A stretch of 64,000 nucleotides of DNA from NCBI GenBank assembly GCA_015062395.1, contig SUUS01000002.1, positions 35,028 through 99,027 of the forward strand, in the 5' to 3' direction. Numbering within the stretch: position 1 is the stretch's first letter; every line of letters begins with the position of its first letter. The notes beneath the pieces were generated by a model that had not been told where the DNA came from, ran no database searches, and saw only the letters and a list, made by a program, of their open reading frames with translations. Shown in pieces: positions 1-9,049 of this stretch. Source of the DNA: Alphaproteobacteria bacterium (GTDB lineage: Bacteria > Pseudomonadota > Alphaproteobacteria > CAAHEQ01 > UBA3637). Both the position numbers and the translations under genes were made by a program.

Positions 1-53
1 ATTATTCGCGCAAATTGAACATTTAATTTTAAAAGGGAAAAAAGGAGTTTAAT

Positions 54-761
54 ATGGTAGAAAATTTAATGCAAATAAATGAAAAAAAACAAGAAGTTCC
101 TGCTAAATTTTTGGATGCAAAGGGTAATTTAAAGACGGATGTTTTATTGCAATCTTATTTAGAATTAGAAAAAAAATTAAGCAATATGGTAATGCTTCCA
201 AATGATGCATCATCCGAGGAAGAAAAGCGTTCCTTTTACCAAAAAATAGGGGTTCCAGACTGTGCTGAAAATTATCAATTAGAAATTAAACATGATTTAT
301 TGGCTAGCGATCCCCAGGTAAATCAAAAATTATTTGATTTAAGATTTACAAATCAACAGGCTCAAGCCGTTTATGATTTGGCCGCAGAAAAAGTATTGCC
401 TGTGATTGAAGAATTAGCTCAAGATTACGAGGCTGCACGTCAACGTTTAGCTTTGGAAAATCAATTTGGAGGAAAAGAACGTTTTGAACAAGTCTCACGT
501 CAAATTACAGCATGGGCCAAACAAAATGTATCTACGGATGTTTTTGATGCATTGTCAACAACTTACGAAGGGGTGATGACTCTTTATAAAATGATGCAAA
601 CAAATGAACCTGTAATGATGCCAAAAGGCATTTGTTCTCATGAAATTTTAGATGAAGAAGGGTTAAAAAAATTGATGATGTCGCCAAAGTATTGGAAAGA
701 ACAAGACCCTTTGACATTGAAAAAAGTGGCAGACGGATTTAATCGTCTTTACTCGCATTAA
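54..761 (+). CDS. Phage scaffolding-like protein (T7 gp9 position)
   Basis: AGGAG RBS precedes the ATG at 54. Acidic, coiled-coil-rich 235-aa protein lying immediately upstream of a gp10-like capsid gene. Assignment is by position only. Confidence 0.35.
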   Translation: MVENLMQINEKKQEVPAKFLDAKGNLKTDVLLQSYLELEKKLSNMVMLPNDASSEEEKRSFYQKIGVPDCAENYQLEIKHDLLASDPQVNQKLFDLRFTNQQAQAVYDLAAEKVLPVIEELAQDYEAARQRLALENQFGGKERFEQVSRQITAWAKQNVSTDVFDALSTTYEGVMTLYKMMQTNEPVMMPKGICSHEILDEEGLKKLMMSPKYWKEQDPLTLKKVADGFNRLYSH

Positions 762-881
762 TTTAAAAGATAATCGCATTTAAGGCGACCTTTTATTTTC
801 TTTTTATGATGGGCGGGGAACCATAACCCGTTATAAAAAATTTTGTTTTTTGTTTTAACTAAAAAAAAGGATATAATAAAT

Positions 882-1700
882 ATGACTTCTACAACTATTG
901 ATGCAGCTTTTGTAAAACACTTCCAAGCAGAAGTAGTGACTGCATATCAACAAATCGGTTCTAAATTACGTTCAACAGTTCGTTCTAAAAATAACGTTGT
1001 TGGTGTCAGTACAACATTCCAATTAATTGGTAAAGGTAATGCAACAACAAAAGAACGTAATGGTGTTATCAGCGCTATGGAATTTGAACACAAACCTGTC
1101 GAATGTGTTTTGACTGATTATTATGCTGGCGCATGGGTGGATAAATTAGATGAATTAAAATTGGGGCACGATGAACGCAGAGCAATTGCTCAAACAGGTG
1201 CATATGCTTTGGGTCGTAAGACAGATGAGTTAATTATCAATGCTTTAAATTCGTCAACAAATACAGTTTCAGATTCTGCTGTTGAGTTGAATAAAGAAAC
1301 CATTTTAGACGCATTTACAAAATTAAATAATGCTGATGTTCCAGATGATGGAGAACGTTATGCTTTGGTTTCTCCTGCTCAATGGAATCAGTTGCTTAAC
1401 ATTGAAGAATTTTCTTCATCTAATTATGTTGGAGATAAAACACCATTTATCGCAGGAATTGAAAGCCGTAAATGGTTAGGTATTAATTGGATTATGCATA
1501 CTGGTTTACCAAGCGATACTGGTTCTCATACGTGTTTCATTTATCATAAAAATGCAATAGGTCATGCTGTGGGAATGGATATTAAAACAGATATTTCTTG
1601 GCATGGAGACCATGCAGCTCACTTTGTCAATTCAATGATGAGTCAAGGGGCTTGTTTGATTGATGAAAAAGCTGTTGTAAAAATAGTTTGCTCTGATTAA
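882..1700 (+). CDS. Major capsid protein, T7 gp10-like
   Basis: N-terminus FVKHFQAEVVTAYQQ...VRSKNN..FQLIGKG aligns by eye with T7 gp10 FLKVFGGEVLTAFAR...VRSISSGKSAQFPVLGR. Real start is the internal ATG at 882, which has an AAGGA RBS. Confidence 0.65.
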   Translation: MTSTTIDAAFVKHFQAEVVTAYQQIGSKLRSTVRSKNNVVGVSTTFQLIGKGNATTKERNGVISAMEFEHKPVECVLTDYYAGAWVDKLDELKLGHDERRAIAQTGAYALGRKTDELIINALNSSTNTVSDSAVELNKETILDAFTKLNNADVPDDGERYALVSPAQWNQLLNIEEFSSSNYVGDKTPFIAGIESRKWLGINWIMHTGLPSDTGSHTCFIYHKNAIGHAVGMDIKTDISWHGDHAAHFVNSMMSQGACLIDEKAVVKIVCSD

Positions 1701-1714
1701 TGTTTTTTGATGTG

Positions 1715-1743
1715 GAGGGGAATTTATTTTCCCCTCTTTTTTT
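1715..1743 (+). terminator. Rho-independent terminator immediately after capsid gene (T7 T-phi-like placement)
   Basis: Perfect 8-bp stem gaggggaa/ttcccctc with a 6-nt loop, followed by T7. Confidence 0.6.
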
Positions 1744-2322
1744 ATGGAGAGAAAAATGGCACAATCTGCAATTTCTTTATGCTCTAAAGCTTTGATTAAG
1801 TTGGGAGCGCATCCGATAATTTCTTTTACAGAAAATACAGCAGAAGCGCAAGTTGCATTACAACTTTACGAAGCAACCAGAGATGCATTATTATCATCGT
1901 ATCCGTGGCATTTTGCAACAGCTCAAGAAGAATTATCGTTGTTGCGCGATGCTCCTTGCGCTGATTATGCTTATGCGTATCGGTTGCCAAATGATTTTTT
2001 GCGTGCTTTATCTGCAGGGGTTAATTCAAATGGCAAAGGCTTGAACTATCGAATTTATGAACGGACCTTGCATTGCGATTCTAAAAACGTGGTGTTGACA
2101 TATATCTTTAATCCAAAAGAAGAAAATTATCCACCTTTTTTTGATTATGTATTGATTTTAAAATTGGCTGCCGAATTTTGTTTGCCTTTGACTGAAAACA
2201 GTTCAAAAGCAAAACATTTAGAACAAATGGCAAAAGAAGCATTTAATCAAGCAAAGCTAATCGATGCACAGCAAAATTTACCACAAACAATAAATCATTT
2301 TCCTTTAATCGAGGTCAGATAA
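1744..2322 (+). CDS. Tail tubular protein A, T7 gp11-like
   Basis: 192 aa (T7 gp11 is 196 aa). LIKLGAHPIISFTENTAEAQVAL...SYPWHF is comparable to gp11 [23 protein letters not shown]...SRGWTF. Correct synteny after the capsid gene. Confidence 0.6.
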   Translation: MERKMAQSAISLCSKALIKLGAHPIISFTENTAEAQVALQLYEATRDALLSSYPWHFATAQEELSLLRDAPCADYAYAYRLPNDFLRALSAGVNSNGKGLNYRIYERTLHCDSKNVVLTYIFNPKEENYPPFFDYVLILKLAAEFCLPLTENSSKAKHLEQMAKEAFNQAKLIDAQQNLPQTINHFPLIEVR

Positions 2323-4229
2323 TGAGTAATTTAATCAATTATAAAACAAATTTTACAGCAGGGGCTGTTTCGCTTGATTTATTAGGTCGAACGGATTTGT
2401 CAGCTTACGATAATGGCGCACTTGAATTAAAAAATGTTTTTATCAGTCCAATAGGAGGAATTGAACGCAGAGCTGGTTTACGTTATATAGATACAATTGA
2501 CAATGCATATCGTTTGATTGCTTTTGCTTTTAATACTGCCCAAACATATTTATGTGTGTTGGGTAATGCATTTATTAAAGTTTATAAAAATGAAAATTTG
2601 ATACAAACACTTTCAACTCCTTGGCAAACAGATGACATACCACATTTGCGTTGGACGCAAAGTGCAGATACTTTATTATTGACGCATCCAGATTATGAGC
2701 CAATGATGATGACACGTCAAAATGATGAAAGCTTTGTTTTATCAAATTGGGTTTTTGATATGGGGGATGATGGGCAAAAGTATTGTCCTTTTGAAAAATA
2801 TGCTTCTGCGCAATCGACAATGAAAGCTGTTGGCGATGGAAATAACGTTGTCTTAACTGCAAGTGAAGATGTGTTTAATGAAAATTATATCAATCGACAC
2901 ATCAAAGTTGGAAAAGGCGAATATAAGATTACAGAAATAACGGATGCAAAAAATGCGAAGGCAAGTAAAATTGTTTTGGCTGAAAATTCTAATCCAACAA
3001 CAAATTGGTCTGAAGAAGCTTTTTCAAAAGACCATGGTTATCCTGTTTGCGTGACTTTCTATCAAGGTCGATTAGTCATTGGTGGTTCCAGAGATTTACC
3101 AAATAAACTTTGGTTTTCAAAAAGTTTTGCGATTATGAATTTTGACACAGGAACAGGCTTGGATGATGAAGCTATCGGATTTAGTTTGTTGTCCGATCAG
3201 GTGAATGCGATTTGTGGATTAATGCCAGGCAGACATTTACAAGTTTTTACATCTGGTTCAGAATGGATGGTTTCTGGAGAACCATTGACTCCTCAAAACA
3301 TTCAGTTGAAGCGTCAAACTAAAATAGGTTCGCCTCTTTATCGATTTGTTCCTCCTGTGGATGTCAGTGGTGCAACGTTGTTTGTATCCGAAAATGGACA
3401 AGAAATCCGAGAATTTTTATTCGCTGATTTAGAACAAGCTTATCAAGCGAAAAATGTTTCGTTATTGTCATACCATTTGATAAATAGACCCATCGATATT
3501 GACTATGATGCAAAACGCAGATTGGTTTATGTTATTATGGAAGACGGTTCAATGGCTTCGCTTACAAACTATCGTTCAGAAGAAGTGTTAGCTTGGAGTT
3601 CGCATGAAACACAAGGTAAATTTTTGTCTGTTTGTGTGTTAGAAGAGGAGGTTTACTTTTTAATCAATCGAGATGGAAAAACTTATTTGGAGGTTTTTGA
3701 TAATGAGGTCTTTACGGATTGTGCTTTTTTAGGGCAATCAGAAGAAGCTCATGAAACGTGGTCTGGTTTGTCGGTTTTGGATGGTAAAAAAGTAAATGTT
3801 GTTGCTGATGGAAGATTGGAAGAAAGCGTGGTAATATCTTCGAACAGCATCACATTATCACAAAAAGCAAAACAAATTCAAGTTGGTCTTGCTTATACAC
3901 ATACAGTTGTGCCTTTGCCACCGATTAAACAAATCGGTGTGGGCAATCTGCCATTAAAAGCCGTTCGTTTGGTGGAAGTTAATTTTAAAGTAATCGATAC
4001 AGCTTCTTTATTTTTAGATGTGGGGAATGGTTATAATGAATTTATCATTCAAAATGTAAATGATGATTACATATTGGATGGGGATGCAAAAGGTAAAACA
4101 AAAGATGTTTGTATCAGGGCGTTAGGATGGGTTCGAGACGGTGTTTCGCCTTTATGGAAAATACAAAGTACGCAACCTTTGTCCTGCAAGATTGTTTCTG
4201 TGGCAACATTAATGAAAGTGAGTGATTAA
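2322..4229 (+). CDS. Tail tubular protein B-like (T7 gp12 position), 635 aa
   Basis: Large ORF directly after the gp11-like gene with overlapping stop/start. Assignment is by synteny; sequence similarity is weak by eye. Confidence 0.4.
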   Translation: MSNLINYKTNFTAGAVSLDLLGRTDLSAYDNGALELKNVFISPIGGIERRAGLRYIDTIDNAYRLIAFAFNTAQTYLCVLGNAFIKVYKNENLIQTLSTPWQTDDIPHLRWTQSADTLLLTHPDYEPMMMTRQNDESFVLSNWVFDMGDDGQKYCPFEKYASAQSTMKAVGDGNNVVLTASEDVFNENYINRHIKVGKGEYKITEITDAKNAKASKIVLAENSNPTTNWSEEAFSKDHGYPVCVTFYQGRLVIGGSRDLPNKLWFSKSFAIMNFDTGTGLDDEAIGFSLLSDQVNAICGLMPGRHLQVFTSGSEWMVSGEPLTPQNIQLKRQTKIGSPLYRFVPPVDVSGATLFVSENGQEIREFLFADLEQAYQAKNVSLLSYHLINRPIDIDYDAKRRLVYVIMEDGSMASLTNYRSEEVLAWSSHETQGKFLSVCVLEEEVYFLINRDGKTYLEVFDNEVFTDCAFLGQSEEAHETWSGLSVLDGKKVNVVADGRLEESVVISSNSITLSQKAKQIQVGLAYTHTVVPLPPIKQIGVGNLPLKAVRLVEVNFKVIDTASLFLDVGNGYNEFIIQNVNDDYILDGDAKGKTKDVCIRALGWVRDGVSPLWKIQSTQPLSCKIVSVATLMKVSD

Positions 4230-4230
4230 A

Positions 4231-4542
4231 ATGGCGACTAAAGATTCTTTATTTTATGACTTAATTACAGGAGAAAATAAAACACAATTAAATTTAGAAA
4301 AACAAGCTACTTTATTGAAGCAACAAGAAAACATTAAAGAATACAAAAAAAAGCTGGGTTCATATCGTGCGAATATGGCTTCTCAAGGTGCAGGAGCTAA
4401 CTTATCCAGTGTTTTGGATGGATTGGCTCAAGACGTTGAAATTAAAAATAGTTTGGCAACGAATCAGCTGAATCAAAAAATCAGAAATGCAAACAGAACA
4501 AGACGTAAACAAACATTGTTGAATCTAGGATTAAAATCTTAA
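4231..4542 (+). CDS. Phage hypothetical protein (103 aa)
   Basis: ATG 2 nt after the upstream stop codon. Sits within the late module. No recognisable motif. Confidence 0.3.
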   Translation: MATKDSLFYDLITGENKTQLNLEKQATLLKQQENIKEYKKKLGSYRANMASQGAGANLSSVLDGLAQDVEIKNSLATNQLNQKIRNANRTRRKQTLLNLGLKS

Positions 4543-4558
4543 TTTTATCGAGATAAAA

Positions 4559-4849
4559 ATGAAACAGAATGAATTTGAAAAAGCAAAGGCAAAATTTTTA
4601 AAAATTTTGCCTAAAAAATTACAAGAAACTTTGCAAGCTTATCATCTGTTTACATCCGTTAAAGTTCCAGAAGATATTAAATCATTCGCAGCATATCATA
4701 CGGCTTGTAAAAATGCGTTGTCACATATGGTGTTGTTGATGAAAATGATACAGCTATCTGATTCAAATAATGCAAATAATTTGGTTGATGATTGGTTGGA
4801 AAAATCAAAGTTAGCTATTAGCCAATTGGAGGAAGAAGAGGATGAATAA
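4559..4849 (+). CDS. Phage small protein, possible small terminase subunit (T7 gp18 position)
   Basis: 96 aa with an acidic C-terminus. Overlaps the start of the large terminase by 8 nt. Assignment is positional only. Confidence 0.3.
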   Translation: MKQNEFEKAKAKFLKILPKKLQETLQAYHLFTSVKVPEDIKSFAAYHTACKNALSHMVLLMKMIQLSDSNNANNLVDDWLEKSKLAISQLEEEEDE

Positions 4850-6305
4850 TTTAAAAGCTTCTTTTACACAATTTGTTTGGATTTGGAATGAATTACAAGG
4901 TCTTCAATTACCAAAACATCATCGACGTATTTGTCATTTTTTATCAAGTAATTATTTGCAAAAAAAAGCTCATGCTTTATTGATGGCGTTTCGAAATTCC
5001 GGGAAATCAACTTTGGTTGGATTGTTTTGTGCATGGTTGCTTTATGAAAACAGCAATGTTCGCATTTTGATTATGTCAGCTGATTATGAATTGGCAAAAA
5101 AAATGGTTCGAAATGTTAAGCGAATTATTGAAAAACATCCTTTGACAGTACATTTAAAACCCAAACAAAAAGACCAATGGGCTTCTGACAGATTTACAGT
5201 TATTCGTTCTCAAGAATTAAGAGATCCGTCCGTTTTGGCACGAGGTATAGATGCAAATATCACAGGCTGTCGAGCTGATGTGATTGTTTGCGACGATGTA
5301 GAGGTTCCTAAAAACTGTGATACTCAAACCAAAAGAAATGATTTAAAAGAAAAATTATCTGAATTAGATTTTGTTTTAGTTCCGAATGGTTTTATGTTAT
5401 ATGTTGGAACGCCTCACACGCAAAAAACGATTTACGACGTCAGTCCGAACGGTTTTTTAAAGAACTTTAATCAATTAAAATTACCCATTTTAGATGAACA
5501 AGGGAATAGTAATTGGCCTGAACGATTTTCGTTGTTAAAAATAGAGGCTATTCGCAAACGAGCAGGACCGTTGAAATTTACCAGTCAAATGCTTCTTCAG
5601 CCAGTTAATTTAAGGCAAGGACATTTAAATACAGACAATTTGATTTTTTATCAGGATGCTTTGGATTATCGTCAAATTAATCAAAGCAGTGCAGTTTATA
5701 TTGGGCAAAGACAAATGATCAGCGCTAGTGCTTGGTGGGATCCATCTTTTGGTAAGTCGGATGCAGACAGAAGTGTTTTGGCGTGTGTTTTTTTTGATAA
5801 TCAAGGAAATGCTTTTGTTCATGATTTGGTTTATTTGACTGTTGAAAATGCAGAAAAATCAGCACAAATACAGTGTCAGAAAGTAGCTCAAATGATAAAG
5901 CTTTATCATTTGCCACAAATACGAATAGAAACAAATGGTATTGGAAAGTTTTTACCAGAGCTGTTAAAGCAAACATTGCAACAAATGCATATAGTATGTG
6001 CTGTTTTACCTGTTCATTCAAGCATTCCAAAATCGCTTCGAATTAGCGAAAGCTTGGATGCGCGTCTTGCCAGTTCTTCTTTGTGGTTGCATGAAAGAGT
6101 TAAACAAACGCCATTTATGGAAGAAATAACATCGTGGAATCCTCAAGCACAGAATATGCATGATGATGGTTTAGATGCTCTGTCTGGTTGTTTGTCGAGT
6201 GAACCAGTTCATATTGCAAAGCATTTTATTCCCATTCAGCCAGAACCCGATTGGCGCTATGGACAGATGATTAATAATTTTAATTTAGATGATGTAAAAC
6301 TTTAA
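4842..6305 (+). CDS. Terminase large subunit
   Basis: Walker A-like FRNSGKST near the N-terminus. Acidic catalytic patches VIVCDDVEVP. The C-terminal nuclease half has conserved D residues. Size 487 aa. Confidence 0.75.
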   Translation: MNNLKASFTQFVWIWNELQGLQLPKHHRRICHFLSSNYLQKKAHALLMAFRNSGKSTLVGLFCAWLLYENSNVRILIMSADYELAKKMVRNVKRIIEKHPLTVHLKPKQKDQWASDRFTVIRSQELRDPSVLARGIDANITGCRADVIVCDDVEVPKNCDTQTKRNDLKEKLSELDFVLVPNGFMLYVGTPHTQKTIYDVSPNGFLKNFNQLKLPILDEQGNSNWPERFSLLKIEAIRKRAGPLKFTSQMLLQPVNLRQGHLNTDNLIFYQDALDYRQINQSSAVYIGQRQMISASAWWDPSFGKSDADRSVLACVFFDNQGNAFVHDLVYLTVENAEKSAQIQCQKVAQMIKLYHLPQIRIETNGIGKFLPELLKQTLQQMHIVCAVLPVHSSIPKSLRISESLDARLASSSLWLHERVKQTPFMEEITSWNPQAQNMHDDGLDALSGCLSSEPVHIAKHFIPIQPEPDWRYGQMINNFNLDDVKL

Positions 6306-6319
6306 AATGGAGATTTTTT

Positions 6320-6742
6320 ATGAACAGAAATTTTTTTAATACGGCTGATGTGTTGGCGCGTACACTGTACGGTGAAGCCAGAGGCGAAGGGCTTATTGGA
6401 ATAGAAGCTGTCGCTTGTGTGATATTGAATCGTGTAGCTCTTTCAAAGCAGCACGCTTTTTGGTGGGGCAAAACGGTGGAGGAAGTTTGCCTAAAACCTT
6501 TTCAATTTTCTTGTTGGACACCATCCGATGCTAATTTTTATAAATTAATTCGAGTTAATGCGCAAGATGCTGTTTTTCGGATGTGTCAACGTGTCGCAGT
6601 TCGAGCATTAAGTGGAAACTTGCCTGATATAACAAAAGGTGCAACACATTATCATTCAAAGAATGTTAATCCTGCATGGGCTCGAAAATTAACACCGATT
6701 TTTGAATACAAAAATCATCTGTTTTATAAGGAGGTCTATTAA
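6320..6742 (+). CDS. Cell-wall hydrolase, SleB/Hydrolase_2 family (endolysin)
   Basis: TLYGEARGEG...AVACVILNRV...FQFSCW motif block typical of the SleB-like hydrolase family. Lies directly after the terminase. Confidence 0.7.
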   Translation: MNRNFFNTADVLARTLYGEARGEGLIGIEAVACVILNRVALSKQHAFWWGKTVEEVCLKPFQFSCWTPSDANFYKLIRVNAQDAVFRMCQRVAVRALSGNLPDITKGATHYHSKNVNPAWARKLTPIFEYKNHLFYKEVY

Positions 6743-7029
6743 TGACGCAATTTGAATTAGAAATTGGAAAGTTAATGGCGCAATTTGACAGTTTGCAACA
6801 GCAACTGGATAATGTCAGCAAAGGGATGGATAGGACAAATAAACAATTAATGCGTTGGCACCAAGATTTTGATAACTTTACAGGAGATATTATGGAAAAA
6901 ATGGAAAAACGTTTTGTTTTACGTTCGGAAATAGCTCCAATAAAAGCGATTTTGTCTGTGATTGCTGTTGCAACAGTCAGTGCTATTTGTTTAAGTTTGT
7001 CCGAATTAATTTTTAACAAATTATTTTAA
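6742..7029 (+). CDS. Holin-like membrane protein
   Basis: 95 aa with an N-terminal coiled coil and a single C-terminal TM (IKAILSVIAVATVSAICLSL). Overlaps the endolysin stop. Confidence 0.35.
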   Translation: MTQFELEIGKLMAQFDSLQQQLDNVSKGMDRTNKQLMRWHQDFDNFTGDIMEKMEKRFVLRSEIAPIKAILSVIAVATVSAICLSLSELIFNKLF

Positions 7030-7040
7030 TAAAAAAGGAG

Positions 7041-7223
7041 ATGAAAATGAATTTTATTATCAATCATATAAGTGAAATTTTGGTTGCAATCAGTGCCGTT
7101 GTGACAGCTGCCAGCGCTATTTGTGCTTTGACTCCTTCGACAAAAGATGACACCATAGTGTCGAAAATACGACAAGCGATGGATGTCTTGGCTTTAAATG
7201 TTGGAAAGGCAAAGAATGTATAA
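7041..7223 (+). CDS. Small membrane protein (holin/antiholin candidate)
   Basis: 60 aa with one TM (ILVAISAVVTAASAICAL). GGAG RBS. Confidence 0.35.
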   Translation: MKMNFIINHISEILVAISAVVTAASAICALTPSTKDDTIVSKIRQAMDVLALNVGKAKNV

Positions 7224-7420
7224 TGACAATTTTAGATAAATTATCAAATGGTATTCAGATGTTATGGCAAAATTTGAATGCTTTTATATTAGGAAAGGTT
7301 TTATCTGACAATGCAAGTTTACAAAAAGAAAATCAAAAACTACAAAAGCAAGTTAAAATTGCAACTCGTCCTGATTTGTGTTGGGATAAACTTATTCAGT
7401 GGTTGCGCGCTGACGTATGA
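7223..7420 (+). CDS. Rz-like i-spanin candidate
   Basis: 65 aa. Overlapped out of frame by a lipoprotein ORF. Coiled-coil QKENQKLQKQV. Confidence 0.3.
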   Translation: MTILDKLSNGIQMLWQNLNAFILGKVLSDNASLQKENQKLQKQVKIATRPDLCWDKLIQWLRADV

Positions 7421-7556
7421 AGCTCATTGTCCCCCTTTTCCTATGCCAGATAAAAGTATTGCAGAAGAATTGCAACTCTGCCCATTGTCTGATATGCCAC
7501 AATTTTTGGATTGGATGAATAAATTGCATACGTTGCAACAACAGTTGGATGCGTAA
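7311..7556 (+). CDS. Rz1-like o-spanin lipoprotein candidate embedded/overlapping in +1 frame
   Basis: Signal peptide with lipobox LFSGC. Pro-rich short protein. Starts inside the preceding ORF in a different frame. Confidence 0.3.
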   Translation: MQVYKKKIKNYKSKLKLQLVLICVGINLFSGCALTYEAHCPPFPMPDKSIAEELQLCPLSDMPQFLDWMNKLHTLQQQLDA

Positions 7557-7560
7557 AAGT

Positions 7561-7595
7561 ATCAGGCTTGTGATATACAAGCCTGATTTATATAA
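7561..7595 (+). terminator. Rho-independent terminator after lysis cassette
   Basis: 11-bp perfect stem atcaggcttgt/acaagcctgat with loop gatat, followed by a T-rich tail. Confidence 0.5.
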
Positions 7596-7836
7596 ATGAT
7601 TGCATCAAATATTTGTTTGATAAAAAAACTCCTACCCCACTTTTTTAACGGTGACATGGACCGTCATCATACGTATAGGCCCCACTATAATAGCAAGCCC
7701 CCCCAACATTTCAATCATACTACGACCGAATTGAGAATGGCGAGAAATAGAAGAAAAATTGGATTGAAAATTGGAATTAGAAACAGGGTTTAAATCAGGA
7801 ATGTCCTGTAAGTCATTGAATTTACTTGAAAATTTT

Positions 7837-7853
7837 GGGGTGGGGGGGGGGGG
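7837..7853. repeat. Homopolymeric tract GGGGTG12
   Basis: Twelve consecutive G (7842-7853) preceded by GGGGT, in a non-coding region. Confidence 0.9.
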
Positions 7854-7984
7854 TAAATTTGAATAAATTAATGGACATATTAAATACTTCCTTTCTATAA
7901 AAAAACTTGTTAAATTTCCTTCATTTTAAACGAATCAAAATCTTTAGTCAAGAACGTTTTTTGGACATAGGATTTTTATCTTTT

Positions 7985-8185
7985 TTTTATCACGTCATAT
8001 TGAGTGAATGCGAAATATCTCATCAAGGGTGGTACTGCCTACGTGCAAAACCTTCCAGAGATTCTTCGGGCTAGAACCCTTCAGAATGATGAGGGACGGA
8101 GGCAGGATGACGTACAATGACGTGGTCAGCGAGTGACGTACAAAAAAATAGCCCCTTCGTTTTGCTTAATATGACGTGGAGGAAC
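7985..8185. promoter_or_regulatory. GC-rich island with repeated ATGACGT(A/G) motifs (iteron/arm-site-like)
   Basis: TGACGT core at 8107, 8118, 8134 and 8172 in direct orientation, plus an inverted copy at 7990. Local GC is well above the flanks. Confidence 0.4.
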
Positions 8186-8268
8186 AGAGAGTTCGTTATT
8201 TTGTTGGATTTATAAGAACGTATTTTAAGTTTGTGATATTAGTTTTTAATAAAAGTATTTTTTTTAAT

Positions 8269-8484
8269 TTAATTTGTTATAGGAGGAATCCCTTCGTCAG
8301 CGAAAGATGTCATTGCAAAATATAATCTGCGAATATCGGCTTCGGATAAATTACACAGTTCTTTTGCGGCTTGAATCATCTGTTTTGTCGGAATGGCAGG
8401 TACAATCATCAAACCTTCTTCATTTAATGCTTGTAGCATTTCGAGAGATTCTTCTAAATGATTTGATAGTTGTAAATCTTTCAT
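8269..8484 (-). CDS. Hypothetical small protein (71 aa)
   Basis: AAGGA RBS 6 nt upstream of the ATG at 8484. Immediately downstream of the XRE regulator. Confidence 0.3.
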   Translation of the reverse strand: MKDLQLSNHLEESLEMLQALNEEGLMIVPAIPTKQMIQAAKELCNLSEADIRRLYFAMTSFADEGIPPITN

Positions 8485-8497
8485 TGTTGTTCCTTTT

Positions 8498-8992
8498 TTA
8501 TTTGTTGTTTGTCGCTGAAAACTCATTTTCTCCATCAGGATAGGCCAATGTTTTAATTAAGTCAAATACTTTATGTGCCAAATTCCTGTCTGAAATGCGA
8601 TAATAAGCGCGCATTAACTCTAAACTTTCTTTTCGATTCAGAGGATCGGCATCAAATTGTGTCATGATTTGAGATAATTTTCCATCAAAGTCTTCTTCAA
8701 CAGTTTGGACGTGTCTGGGACTTAAGCTTCCAGTTTCTTCTGTAATTCCAGCATAAAATAAAGCGATAGGGGTTTCCAGAACTTGACTGATATCCCACAA
8801 GCGACTGGCACCAATGCGATTTAGTCCTTTTTCATATTTTTGCACTTGTTGAAAAGTCAAACCGAGCGCATCCCCCAGTTTTTCTTGACTTAAACCTTTT
8901 AATGTTCTGTATATTCGAACCCTGTTTCCAACATGAACATCAACTGGATTTGGTTCCCCATCCACACGACCACGCATTGATTTTTTTCTCAT
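8498..8992 (-). CDS. XRE-family helix-turn-helix transcriptional regulator
   Basis: HTH LSQEKLGDALGLTFQQVQKYEKGLNRIGASRL. 164 aa. Conserved neighbour of lnt in alphaproteobacteria. Confidence 0.75.
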   Translation of the reverse strand: MRKKSMRGRVDGEPNPVDVHVGNRVRIYRTLKGLSQEKLGDALGLTFQQVQKYEKGLNRIGASRLWDISQVLETPIALFYAGITEETGSLSPRHVQTVEEDFDGKLSQIMTQFDADPLNRKESLELMRAYYRISDRNLAHKVFDLIKTLAYPDGENEFSATNNK

Positions 8993-9049
8993 ATTTTCAC
9001 CTCTTGATATAAAATTCCTCTAATAAACTAACAATAAAAATACATAATG

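Noticed and set aside
7596-7793. 65-aa ORF in the non-coding junction region
   Set aside because: No RBS, odd composition, and it lies in a region better explained as a regulatory or att segment.
7985-8185. Tested the GC-rich island against SRP RNA, SAM-II riboswitch and tRNA-like patterns
   Set aside because: No conserved SRP domain IV (AGGUCCGGAAGGAAGCAGC-like) motif, no SAM-II pseudoknot signature and no cloverleaf could be drawn, so it is left as an unassigned motif island.
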